Shown in pieces: positions 40,996 to 50,670 of a DNA stretch of 64,000 nt. The notes beneath the pieces were generated by a model. That model saw only the letters and a program-made list of their open reading frames with translations, searched no databases and was not told the DNA's origin. The position numbers were made by a program, and so were the translations under genes. The DNA lies in NCBI GenBank assembly GCA_963665095.1, contig OY762069.1, forward strand, positions 4,640,001 to 4,704,000. Direction: 5' to 3'. The number at the start of each line of letters is the position of its first letter. The stretch's first letter is position 1. The stretch is from an uncultured Desulfobacter sp. Lineage in GTDB: Bacteria; Desulfobacterota; Desulfobacteria; Desulfobacterales; Desulfobacteraceae.

Positions 40996-43900
40996 TCGTC
41001 TCTGATACTGCTGTCAAAAACAGAATCTCTGTGATGGTTCTGATCCTTATTATCATTGTTACAGGGCTTTACACCTATATATCCCTGCCCAGGGAAAGCT
41101 CTCCGGATATCACCATCCCCTATGTGTTTGTTCAGACCAATTACAGAGGTGTGTCTGCCGCTGATATTGAAACCGCTATTACCATAAAAATAGAAAAAAA
41201 ACTCAAAGGCCTTGATAAGGTAAAAAATATATCTTCCGTCTCGTCCCAGGGCTTATCCCAGATCAATATTGAATTTCTGCCCGGTACAGATATTGATGAG
41301 GTATTAACCAGGGTTAAAGACAAGGTGGATGAAGCTAAAAATGATCTGCCCACAGACCTTGAAAACGATCCGTCTGTATTTGAGGTGAACTTTTCAGATA
41401 TGCCCATTGTGGTCTATTCCCTGGCGGGTGAGGCAGGTCCCAGACTGCTGAAAAAAATAGCTGATGACCTTAAGGATGACATTGAGGCAATTCCCGGGGT
41501 TCTTGAGGTGGATGTCACTGGTGGCCAGGAGCGTGAAATCCGTATAGAAGTGGATACGGATAAACTGGCGTATTACAGGATACCCATTACCAGTCTTCAA
41601 AGTGCGGTGGTTACGGAAAATCAGAATACATCCGGGGGCGCTATCACGCTTGGAGACGGCAGATACCAGCTTAAAGTGCCTGGTGAGTTTGATACCCCGG
41701 AGGAAATTCTTTCCCTGGTGGTGGCCACACACAACGGCCGACCCATTTATCTCAAAGATGTGGCAAAAGTGCTGGACGGGGTTAAGGATGAGATATCAAA
41801 ATCCCGTCTGGACGGGATAAACGCCATCAATCTTTCAGTGAAAAAACGGGCGGGTGAGAATGTTATTAAAATATCAGACAGAATAGATGATGTTGTCAGC
41901 AAAGCCAGTGCCACCTTTCCCAAAGGCACCACCATCACCAAGCTCATGAACAATTCAAAGGAGATCCGGGCCATGGTGGCGGACCTGGAAAACAATATCA
42001 TCTCTGGACTGATCCTTGTTGTTGTTGTGCTGTTTGCCGCCCTGGGAATCAGAAATGCATTTCTTGTGGGCCTTGCCATCCCATTTTCCATGTTTCTCTC
42101 ATTCACTGTGCTTTATGCCCTGGATATCACCTTGAATATGGTGGTGCTTTTTTCCCTGACTCTGGCCCTTGGCATGCTGGTGGACAACGCCATTGTCATC
42201 ATTGAAAATGTTTACAGATTCATGCAGCAGGGGATGCCAAGAATTGATGCGGCCATGAAAGCAACATCGGAAGTGGCATGGCCCGTGATCGGGTCAACTC
42301 TGACCACCCTTGCCGCCTTTTTCCCCATGATTTTCTGGCCCGGTATCATGGGTGAATTCATGAGTTTTCTGCCCATCACCCTGATCGTGACCTTAAGTTC
42401 CTCTCTGTTTGTGGCTCTGGTGATTAATCCTGCCATGTGCGCCTTTTTCATGCGGGTCAAAGCAGACAACAAAATTACGGCGTCAGGTCAGGGCCAGGAT
42501 ATTGAATCATCATGTGAAAAGCCCATAGAGATTAAAGGCATAATACTTAAAACCTATGAAAAAATTTTAACCGGTTCACTGAACCATAAGGTCTTTGTAC
42601 TTATTACCTCCTTTGGACTACTTATATTCCTGTGGCAGATCTGGATGCTGCGCATCGGCATAGAAAAGCCGTTGGAATTTTTCCCGGCCATTGACCCAAG
42701 ATCTGCCTATGTAAATATTGATACGCCAGAAGGAGCTGATCTGGATTATATCGACCATGTTGTCATGGAGGTGGAAAAAGCTGTTGCAGGGCGATCTGAT
42801 GCCCCTTACCAAAAGGCATTAGCCCTGCAGGATCATGAACGTGCCGACGGAACAAAATTTTTAGCACCTTCTGATATCAATAACATTGAACACATCTATA
42901 CCCGGGCGGTTCAAAACGCAGGAGCATCCATTTTTGATTCCAACCTGCCCAATCACATCGGGATTCAGTTTATTGATTTTGAAGACAGGAAAAGTACGGT
43001 TAAGGCGGATCTGGAAAAAATCCGGCAGCGGGTGGCACATATCCCGGGCGTTAAAATAACTGTGGATGAATTAAAAGAAGGTCCACCCACAGGACCGCCC
43101 ATTAATATTGAAATTTCAGGCGACAGTTTTTCCGTATTAAGCCGGATTTCAGAACAGATTAAAAAAATTGTGGAACAGGTGCCCCATGTCAAGGATATCC
43201 GGGATAATTACCAGGGAGGTCTTCCCAGTATTCAGGTGATCATAGACCGGCAGCGGGCAGCGCTTTTCGGGCTGACCACCTCCGCAATCGGAACAGCCCT
43301 TAAAATCGCTTATAACGGCCTGGATGTCTCCACCTATTATGAGGGAGATGAAGATTATGATATCACAGTGACCCTGGCAGAATCTGACCGCAGGGTCACA
43401 GATATTCTGCATAAGCTGATGATTCCGTCTCCCATGGGACAGATGGTGCCTTTAACCACCCTTGCACGAATCGAATATAAAGGGACCCTCGGGGATATTG
43501 TCCGAAAAAACCACGAGCGGGTGGTAACGGTACAGGCCAATGTGGATGAAACCAGAATAACCGGCAGTGTGGCCCGGATGCAGGTCATGGAGCTGATGAA
43601 AAACATGAACCTTCCGGCAGGGTACAGTTATAAGTTCACCGGGGAAGATGAAGAACAGCAGCAGGCCCAGCAATTTTTATCCAAAGCCTTTATAATTGCC
43701 CTGTTTTTGATTTTCTTAATTCTTGTCACCATGTTTAATTCCGTAATTCAGCCGGTAATTATTCTGACATCCGTAATATTATCTCTTGGCGGTGCCTTCT
43801 GGGGACTTTTTGTAATCAAGTCTCCTTTTGGTGTGATTATGACAGGGGTAGGCATTATTTCCCTGGCCGGGGTGGTGGTCAACAATGCCATTGTACTGAT

Positions 43901-44270
43901 TGACTACACAAATAAACTGCGCAGGGCAGGTTTTGAATTGAGACAGGCAGTGATTGCTGCCGGGGCCACCCGTCTTCGTCCTGTCATTTTAACGGCTTTT
44001 ACAACGATATTAGGACTTTTACCCATGGTGACAGGGGTATCCTATGATTTCCATGTCATGGCTGTTTCCTGGACATCAGAATCCAGTCAATACTGGCGAT
44101 CCATGGCCATTGTTGTGATTTTTGGACTGATGATTGCCACAGTCCTGACCTTAGTAGTGGTACCAAGCCTTTTTACATTGATTGAAGAGACAAAGAAAAA
44201 ATTTATTTTTTATATTTCTTTTTTACATGAAAAAAATCCCATACGGCCCAGGGGATTAGAACAGCGCTGA
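40992..44270 (+). CDS. RND efflux permease (AcrB/MdtB-like)
   Basis: GMLVDNAIVIIEN, AGVVVNNAIVLID, RLRPVILTAFTT. Confidence 0.92.
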   Translation: MIVSDTAVKNRISVMVLILIIIVTGLYTYISLPRESSPDITIPYVFVQTNYRGVSAADIETAITIKIEKKLKGLDKVKNISSVSSQGLSQINIEFLPGTDIDEVLTRVKDKVDEAKNDLPTDLENDPSVFEVNFSDMPIVVYSLAGEAGPRLLKKIADDLKDDIEAIPGVLEVDVTGGQEREIRIEVDTDKLAYYRIPITSLQSAVVTENQNTSGGAITLGDGRYQLKVPGEFDTPEEILSLVVATHNGRPIYLKDVAKVLDGVKDEISKSRLDGINAINLSVKKRAGENVIKISDRIDDVVSKASATFPKGTTITKLMNNSKEIRAMVADLENNIISGLILVVVVLFAALGIRNAFLVGLAIPFSMFLSFTVLYALDITLNMVVLFSLTLALGMLVDNAIVIIENVYRFMQQGMPRIDAAMKATSEVAWPVIGSTLTTLAAFFPMIFWPGIMGEFMSFLPITLIVTLSSSLFVALVINPAMCAFFMRVKADNKITASGQGQDIESSCEKPIEIKGIILKTYEKILTGSLNHKVFVLITSFGLLIFLWQIWMLRIGIEKPLEFFPAIDPRSAYVNIDTPEGADLDYIDHVVMEVEKAVAGRSDAPYQKALALQDHERADGTKFLAPSDINNIEHIYTRAVQNAGASIFDSNLPNHIGIQFIDFEDRKSTVKADLEKIRQRVAHIPGVKITVDELKEGPPTGPPINIEISGDSFSVLSRISEQIKKIVEQVPHVKDIRDNYQGGLPSIQVIIDRQRAALFGLTTSAIGTALKIAYNGLDVSTYYEGDEDYDITVTLAESDRRVTDILHKLMIPSPMGQMVPLTTLARIEYKGTLGDIVRKNHERVVTVQANVDETRITGSVARMQVMELMKNMNLPAGYSYKFTGEDEEQQQAQQFLSKAFIIALFLIFLILVTMFNSVIQPVIILTSVILSLGGAFWGLFVIKSPFGVIMTGVGIISLAGVVVNNAIVLIDYTNKLRRAGFELRQAVIAAGATRLRPVILTAFTTILGLLPMVTGVSYDFHVMAVSWTSESSQYWRSMAIVVIFGLMIATVLTLVVVPSLFTLIEETKKKFIFYISFLHEKNPIRPRGLEQR

Positions 44271-44427
44271 GAACCTGATTGAACAGCGCATGTTCAGCCA
44301 TATCAGGATCTGAAGTCAACCATCCGTCCCAAAAGCACCAGAGACCAAAAAATAAAAGCAGAAACGTAAATACATAAGGGCTCATTTTAGGAGGTTTTGG
44401 TGTTTTACCCGTATCATTATCTGCCAT
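44203..44427 (-). CDS. Small hypothetical membrane protein (two TM helices)
   Basis: AAAGGAG RBS; FTFLLLFFGLWCFWDGW; 3' overlap with the RND gene. Confidence 0.6.
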   Translation of the reverse strand: MADNDTGKTPKPPKMSPYVFTFLLLFFGLWCFWDGWLTSDPDMAEHALFNQVLSAVLIPWAVWDFFHVKKKYKK

Positions 44428-44627
44428 CTGTTTCGTTTCTCCTTTTTTTGAAATCAAATTATCATCAACGGTGAAAGTATTATTAAATATATATAAAAAA
44501 ATAATAACAATAATAATGACAGTCTAAATGTTTATAACATAGATAACCAAATGATTTTTAATAATAAAATATACCTTTTTGTGCTGAAAAATCCTCTTAA
44601 AAAATATTAATAAAACGTCTATTTTAG

Positions 44628-44664
44628 CCAGATCTGTTTTCAGGTTAAAAACAGATCTGGTTTT
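44628..44664. terminator. Hairpin terminator after the RdgC-like pair
   Basis: CCAGATCTGTTTT / AAAACAGATCTGG inverted repeat. Confidence 0.6.
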
Positions 44665-44677
44665 CAACATATTCTGA

Positions 44678-45208
44678 TCATGCATGTATCCAGGTCTTAA
44701 TATCCTGAAAATCTGAAGTATTCCAATTATCTGCAATTCTTTTTTCTATATATTTTAAAAACAGGGTGTCAATAACTTTCATAACTTTCATGATTAAAAA
44801 GGTTTTTTCCAGTATCAGACCCTCTATTTCATCCTCTGATGATGAAGTATCTATGGTCGGGGTTTTTAAACCGGTGATATTAAAACTCTCCCCTTTGATG
44901 GAGAACTTGTACTCTTCCTCTCCAATTTTACACAAAAGGTTCATATCTGTGACCCAGGCGCCTTTTTTAAGGGCTGTGGTGCCTTCCTCCAGGCCTGCCT
45001 GATCCCCTTTTATGGTGATCTTTTCCTTTGATTTATCACCCAGATTGTTTTCCAGGCTGATGGAATTTCCAATTTCCAGATTCACCACATCCTTTGATCC
45101 TGAAAGGGCGGTAATATCCTGTCCGGTTGCAATGAGATACCAGATCCATGTGAGAAACTCATTACCAAGAAACCCGTATTTATTATAAGCGGTGGCAATA
45201 TCCAGCAT
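44678..45208 (-). CDS. Hypothetical protein resembling the RdgC C-terminal half
   Basis: FLGNEFLTWIWY...EEGTTALKKGAWVT; 2 nt downstream of the RdgC-like gene. Confidence 0.65.
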   Translation of the reverse strand: MLDIATAYNKYGFLGNEFLTWIWYLIATGQDITALSGSKDVVNLEIGNSISLENNLGDKSKEKITIKGDQAGLEEGTTALKKGAWVTDMNLLCKIGEEEYKFSIKGESFNITGLKTPTIDTSSSEDEIEGLILEKTFLIMKVMKVIDTLFLKYIEKRIADNWNTSDFQDIKTWIHA

Positions 45209-45210
45209 GA

Positions 45211-45828
45211 TTAATTTCCTTTTATCTTCAAGGGCGCCAGGGCAAGTACCCGGTCCTTTTTGTTGTCTGTAAAACTGCCAAGCTTTTCCACTAAGGTATA
45301 GGGAAATATCCTGATGGGCCTGTGGTTAAAAGATTTGTAAAAAAGCGTTTCAAACAGCTCATTGGCCGCTTTCTGGGTGGAGAATAAAATAAGATGTTTA
45401 TCTTCATAATCCCATAACACGTCATAAATATTGGGAATAAACGGCGTTTTATGCAGCAGTATATCTACGACCATCTCTTTGATTTCCGCTTTTTCGTTTT
45501 TAGAAATAAAGCTGCGGCCGCTCTCTTTTTTCTTTTTCTCCGTTTCAATGGCCATATGTTTTTGAATAAGTTTGGCCGGAATGGATTTTTTATCAATGCG
45601 CAGGGAAAAGGCAAAATAGGTGCCGAATGTAAATGACGCAGAATCGAAATCCGGGGTATACGGGGTTTCAAGCGGGGTCCATCCAACAGATATTTCTTCA
45701 TATTCACTTTCAATTTCAGGGATGGCGTTTTCCTTAAGGCCCTGCAGAACACCTTCAGCAGTACCTTCCTGAAATTCGCCGTCAATGTAATACCGGCTGA
45801 TGGAATGGGTGGAGGATATCAATCCCAT
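45211..45828 (-). CDS. rdgC: RdgC-like recombination-associated protein (N-terminal half)
   Basis: SVGW, FSLRIDKKSIPA, ISKNEKAEIKEMV, YDVLWD, ELFETLFYKSF pattern; GGAG RBS. Confidence 0.65.
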   Translation of the reverse strand: MGLISSTHSISRYYIDGEFQEGTAEGVLQGLKENAIPEIESEYEEISVGWTPLETPYTPDFDSASFTFGTYFAFSLRIDKKSIPAKLIQKHMAIETEKKKKESGRSFISKNEKAEIKEMVVDILLHKTPFIPNIYDVLWDYEDKHLILFSTQKAANELFETLFYKSFNHRPIRIFPYTLVEKLGSFTDNKKDRVLALAPLKIKGN

Positions 45829-45965
45829 AAAAATACTCCTTAATTTCATGTTAAACGGCTGTATGAGCCTTAGATTGGGTTCAAACAGCCGTTCTCAGTG
45901 TTAATTTTCTTTGAACATCAGGTAATGATGACCAAGAAAAACTAATGTAATAAATAAATCAAATA

Positions 45966-48077
45966 TTAATCAAGAAAATTCATCTTATATTTTTTCCAGA
46001 TATCAAGGGCAATGCATAATGGTTTTATCATGGGAACTGTATAAGTATGCAGTTTTCTGTCTGCCATAAACGTTCTGCACCGGTCCACATATTCTGAAAA
46101 ACCCCTGGGGGAAATAATCAGCGGTTTGGTCAGTTCCTGTTTAAGTTCCACCAGGCGTTCAGGCAGGTATTCGCTTAACAGGGGCACCTGCAGATAGATA
46201 GCTGCCATGATTACATCTGTGTTGGGATCTTTGTCCACAATGCGTATGGCTTCTAACAGCCGGTCATCCCGGCAGTTTCCAAAAAGATCAATGGGGTTGC
46301 TGCCCACGTTGCTTAATATATTATTTTTGACTGCCAGCTGGCCCTGGGTCAGATCTTTTTCAATAAGGGCCTGTATTCCAGCTTTGGTTTCAGGAGAAAA
46401 TTCAGCCAGGGTCATACCCTCTTCAGTCACCTGATCAGCCAGAAGAATACCGGCACCGCCGCCTACACTGACCACCGCAATCCGGTTCCCATGGGTCTGG
46501 GGCTGGCTGGTGAGAATGGATAATACATTGACTATAATTTTAGGATCTTCGGTGAGTTCTTCCACCAGATAAAACCCTGCCTGGTCACAGCAGGCCTTGA
46601 ATGCATCATGGGAACCGGCAAGAGACGCTGTGTGGGACAGTGCTGCCTGGGCCCCGCCCCCCATACCTCCTTTTATAATCATTACCGGTTTCTTTTTGGC
46701 TACCTCTTTTCCCACCTGAAGCAGTTTCAGGCCGTCAGCCACACCCTCCAGATAGATGGCAATGATTTTAATTCTATCGTCATCGCCCATATGGGAGAGG
46801 ATTTCAGGCACACCGCAGGTGGCGGCATTGCCGATGGAGACCCATTTTCCCAGGAACTGCCGGTCTGCTCCCAGCATTTCCAGCAGTTCAAGCCCAATGC
46901 CGCCGCTCTGGGAGATAACCCCCACACAATTGGAAGGGGTGACGGGAACCGACCGCTGTACCGGGATATAATTGGTGTTCAACCCTGAAAAATTATCAAT
47001 CACGCCCATACAGTTGGGCCCGATAAAGGCTACCTGGTAGGTTTCACTGATATGGATAAGCCGTTCTTCCAGATCTTTACGACCCATTTCAGCAAATCCG
47101 TCACTGAATATAATGGCGCCTTTGCCGCCTAATTTGCAGAACTGTTCAAATATATCCACTGTCTTTTCAGAACTTACGGCAAATACACAGACATCCGGCA
47201 CTTCAGGCAGCTCATCAAGGCTCTGGTAACAGGTGAGCCCGTGGATACTTTTCAATTTAGGGTGGACCGGATAGAGTTTTTTGATATTCATGCAGTTTTT
47301 AAGAATAACCCCGCCCTGGGTTCCGGGCCTGGATGCCCCGATAACTGCTACGGATTCGGCATTGAAAATAGCATCTACGCTTTTGCGTTTCCAGGGGCTG
47401 ATCTCTTTAAAGCTGGGGGATGTAAACTGCGGATCCTTGATAAGACGGGTATCCACAACTGCATATCCTTTGTCATAGACAATGACCGGATTCAGATCCA
47501 GTTCGCATATTTCCGGGTTTTCCGCCATTAGTTTTGACACTTGAATGGTCAAAGCGATAATGGCCTCCCGGTCATAGGACTGCCCCCGGAAACCATCAAG
47601 AACGACACCTGCCCGGGTATGTTCCAGCATCCGTTCCACATCCTTTCGTGTGAGTATGCCGATCCCGGGAGCGGCATCGGAAAACAGCTCCACAAAAATA
47701 CCGCCGATACCCACCATGGTGATAGGCCCGAATCCGGGATCCTGCCTGGCACCCACAAGAAGCTCAAAGCCTTTTTCCGCCATTTTCTGGACCAGAAGGC
47801 CCTCTTTCTCTTCCTTTGAAAAGCCACCCATTATTTTTTTGATGGATTGTACGGCAGATGCGACCTGATCCTTGTTTTTCAGGTTTAAGAGTACGGCGCC
47901 CTGATCGGATTTATGGATGATTTTATTTGATACGGCTTTGACAACCACTGGATATCCCATATCATCAGCGGTATTCAGGGCATCTTCCAGCGTATAGACC
48001 ACTCGTCCCTGGACCTGGATATTATATTGAGATAGGATGTTTGCGCTCTGTTCGAAGTCCAACTGATATTTATCCAC
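45966..48077 (-). CDS. ADP-forming acyl-CoA ligase family, ATP-grasp (beta) fused N-terminal to the CoA-binding (alpha) domain
   Basis: YPVVVK, HKSDQG, DPGFGP, ELDLNP; SVAVIGAS, GPNCMG, SQSGG, SHTASLAG; GTG start after GGAGG. Confidence 0.88.
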   Translation of the reverse strand: MDKYQLDFEQSANILSQYNIQVQGRVVYTLEDALNTADDMGYPVVVKAVSNKIIHKSDQGAVLLNLKNKDQVASAVQSIKKIMGGFSKEEKEGLLVQKMAEKGFELLVGARQDPGFGPITMVGIGGIFVELFSDAAPGIGILTRKDVERMLEHTRAGVVLDGFRGQSYDREAIIALTIQVSKLMAENPEICELDLNPVIVYDKGYAVVDTRLIKDPQFTSPSFKEISPWKRKSVDAIFNAESVAVIGASRPGTQGGVILKNCMNIKKLYPVHPKLKSIHGLTCYQSLDELPEVPDVCVFAVSSEKTVDIFEQFCKLGGKGAIIFSDGFAEMGRKDLEERLIHISETYQVAFIGPNCMGVIDNFSGLNTNYIPVQRSVPVTPSNCVGVISQSGGIGLELLEMLGADRQFLGKWVSIGNAATCGVPEILSHMGDDDRIKIIAIYLEGVADGLKLLQVGKEVAKKKPVMIIKGGMGGGAQAALSHTASLAGSHDAFKACCDQAGFYLVEELTEDPKIIVNVLSILTSQPQTHGNRIAVVSVGGGAGILLADQVTEEGMTLAEFSPETKAGIQALIEKDLTQGQLAVKNNILSNVGSNPIDLFGNCRDDRLLEAIRIVDKDPNTDVIMAAIYLQVPLLSEYLPERLVELKQELTKPLIISPRGFSEYVDRCRTFMADRKLHTYTVPMIKPLCIALDIWKKYKMNFLD

Positions 48078-48107
48078 AGCAGTGTATCCTCCTTGTCAGG
48101 TTAACTT

Positions 48108-48160
48108 GTGTTTGAACGGCTCGAAGAGGAGCGCATGCTCCTCTTCGAGCCGTCCAAACC
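48108..48160. repeat. Family A palindrome, second copy
   Basis: GTGTTTGAACGGCTCGAAGAGGAGC-GCAT-GCTCCTCTTCGAGCCGTCCAAAC. Confidence 0.88.
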
Positions 48161-48197
48161 CCGAGGGGTAGTCCGAACATAGGGTTCAGTTTTATAG

Positions 48198-49199
48198 TTA
48201 ATTTTCTTGATACAGCTCTTCTTTAAGCATACAACAGGCAATTTTATAATGGGGAAATCCCTTTTCATCATAGGAAAGATTCCCCGGCTGAATCAGTTTA
48301 TTCATTATACAACCTTCGGGAATCTGCAAAGAGAAAAAATCAGTTTCGTTGATTTTAGGCCTGGGTACCAGGGTGTTGTCGATTATTTCATAGGAATGAA
48401 AGGGAAAGTCCTCACACAGGGGACACTGATATACCCGGCCGTTGGGGAAAATAAAGTAATTATCCGCGACATTGGCGGCACACTCGAAGGTGTCATCATG
48501 GGTGAGAAACACTTTGGGATAGGTAACAATAATGCCCTGCTGCGCAATTTTTTCAGCGGTGTCAGGAATTGTCCGGGTCCAGACCGATTTTGATACCTGA
48601 TGCCGGGCATTGGTATCTTCTGATTCCCCCCTGACGCCGACAACCTGAATAAAAAACCGGGAGATGCCAAGATGCTCCACCAGATCGGGCAGCATCTGCA
48701 CTTCGTGGATATTTTTTTCAGATACTGTATAGATCATGGAGCAGGAAAAACCTTTTTCAACTGCCCGTCTGATCCCGGACTGCACCGCATCAAAACAACC
48801 CTCTCCCCGGATGGCGTCATTTGTTTCACGGGTGGCGCCATCCAGTGAAAAGGATATAAAATCTACCTGATCCGGAGTGATCTTATCCAGTATATTGTGA
48901 AAAAGAAAACCGTTTGTATCAATGGTAATGGATTTAAACCCCATTGATTTGGCCATTGCAACGGCTTTATCCAGATCCGGGTGTAGGGTGGGTTCTCCCC
49001 CAAGAAAGATCAGATTTGTGGTTTCTGCTTTGTCTGAAAATATATTTAGCCAGTCCTGGATCGTATCTAAAGACAAGGTATTACTGCCGTGCTGTTCCCT
49101 GTTGATATAACAGTGGGCACAGTGAAGATTGCAGCGGGTCAATATATGAAAAAATAAATTGGCACTCTGCCTGGAAAATGCAACGGTCTGTTTTTTCAT
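48198..49199 (-). CDS. Radical SAM protein of unknown function
   Basis: CNLHCAHC, FLGGEPTLHP, IDTNG, FSLDG; Cys-rich C-terminus; ATG 1 nt after the purF stop. Confidence 0.85.
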   Translation of the reverse strand: MKKQTVAFSRQSANLFFHILTRCNLHCAHCYINREQHGSNTLSLDTIQDWLNIFSDKAETTNLIFLGGEPTLHPDLDKAVAMAKSMGFKSITIDTNGFLFHNILDKITPDQVDFISFSLDGATRETNDAIRGEGCFDAVQSGIRRAVEKGFSCSMIYTVSEKNIHEVQMLPDLVEHLGISRFFIQVVGVRGESEDTNARHQVSKSVWTRTIPDTAEKIAQQGIIVTYPKVFLTHDDTFECAANVADNYFIFPNGRVYQCPLCEDFPFHSYEIIDNTLVPRPKINETDFFSLQIPEGCIMNKLIQPGNLSYDEKGFPHYKIACCMLKEELYQEN

Positions 49200-49200
49200 T

Positions 49201-50652
49201 TTATCCCATGCACTGCTTGGTGAAATTGGGATCAAAGGGGACCGGATAGGTGCCGTCAAAACAGGCCTTGCAGAAGTTTGCTTCAGGATCTTTTACGCCA
49301 GACGCCTCAAGCATCCCCTCAATGGAGAGATAGTGCAGGGAATCCAGCTCCAGAAATTCCGTGAGTTCATCAATGGGTTTCTGGGCGGCTATCAACTCCC
49401 CTTTGGATGAAAAATCAATGCCGTAGTAACACGGGAATTTATGGGGGGGGCAGGAGATACGCATATGTATTTTTTTGGCGCCAAGTTCCCGCAACGCCTT
49501 GACACGGGTTTTTGCGGTGGTGCCCCGGATGATGGAATCTTCAATGATAATGATATCTTTGCCTTTGATCAGTTCGCGTACGGGATTCAGTTTTACCCTT
49601 ACAGCAAAATCTCGCATGGACTGGGTGGGCTGGATAAAACTTCTACCCACATAATGGTTGCGTATCATACCCATTTCAAAGGGGATACCTGATTCAGCCG
49701 CGTAACCGATGGCGGCATAATTGCCTGAGTCGGGAAACGGCATGACCAGGTCTGCATCCACGTGGGATTCCTGGGCCAGGCGTTTTCCATGGGCTTTTCT
49801 CATTTCATAGACGTTTTTACCATCTATGGTGGAGTCAGGTCTGGCAAAATAGATATATTCAAAAATGCACAACGATTTACGGGTGGTTGCTTTGGGGTGT
49901 TTAATACTCTTGATACCGTCCTCATTGATGATGACAATTTCACCGGGATCCAGCTCCCGGATAAATTCCGCCTGGATCAGGTCAAAGGCACAGGTTTCCG
50001 ATGCCAGCACATAATGACCGTTGAGTTTTCCAAGGGCCAGGGGTCTGAACCCGTTGGGGTCTTTCATGCCGATGATTTCACCTTTACAGGTGAGCAGAAT
50101 CATGGAATAGGCCCCTTCCACCCTGGATGCGGCTTTGATAACAGCGGATTCATAGTCGCCTTTTACCAGGTTCTTGATAAACAGGTGCAGGAATACTTCG
50201 GAGTCCATGGTGGTCTGGAAGATGGAACCCTGCTCTTCAAGTTCCTCTCTGATAATATGGGCGTTCACCAGGTTGCCGTTATGTGCCAGGGCATAGGATC
50301 TGTGTCGGTGGTTGACCACAAAGGGCTGGGCATTGGCAAGAACCGAATCTCCGGTGGTGGAGTAGCGAACGTGACCGATGGCAGACCCGCCTTCAATACG
50401 TTCAAGATCATCCATATTAAAAATTTCAGGAACAAGACCCATGCCTTTATGGGAAAAGATATTGTTGTTATCTCCGCGGTTCACGGAGATGCCGGCACTT
50501 TCCTGACCTCTGTGCTGCAGGGCATAAAGACCAAAATAGGTGATTTTAGCCGCTTCCGGATGTTTATAAAGACCAAAGACACCACATTCATCTTTGGGGC
50601 GTTCACTTGGTGTAAAAATGGGGCATGTACAATCTGGGTGGATGGTATCCAT
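49201..50652 (-). CDS. purF: Amidophosphoribosyltransferase
   Basis: DECGVFG, LQHRGQESAG, GHVRYST, HNGNL, CIFEYIYFARPDS, EDSIIRGTT. Confidence 0.96.
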   Translation of the reverse strand: MDTIHPDCTCPIFTPSERPKDECGVFGLYKHPEAAKITYFGLYALQHRGQESAGISVNRGDNNNIFSHKGMGLVPEIFNMDDLERIEGGSAIGHVRYSTTGDSVLANAQPFVVNHRHRSYALAHNGNLVNAHIIREELEEQGSIFQTTMDSEVFLHLFIKNLVKGDYESAVIKAASRVEGAYSMILLTCKGEIIGMKDPNGFRPLALGKLNGHYVLASETCAFDLIQAEFIRELDPGEIVIINEDGIKSIKHPKATTRKSLCIFEYIYFARPDSTIDGKNVYEMRKAHGKRLAQESHVDADLVMPFPDSGNYAAIGYAAESGIPFEMGMIRNHYVGRSFIQPTQSMRDFAVRVKLNPVRELIKGKDIIIIEDSIIRGTTAKTRVKALRELGAKKIHMRISCPPHKFPCYYGIDFSSKGELIAAQKPIDELTEFLELDSLHYLSIEGMLEASGVKDPEANFCKACFDGTYPVPFDPNFTKQCMG

Positions 50653-50670
50653 GTTTGGTTCTTCCAATCT

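Noticed and set aside
44203..44270. 68-bp convergent overlap as an antisense system
   Set aside because: Most simply a C-terminal extension of the RND gene into its neighbour; no further evidence.
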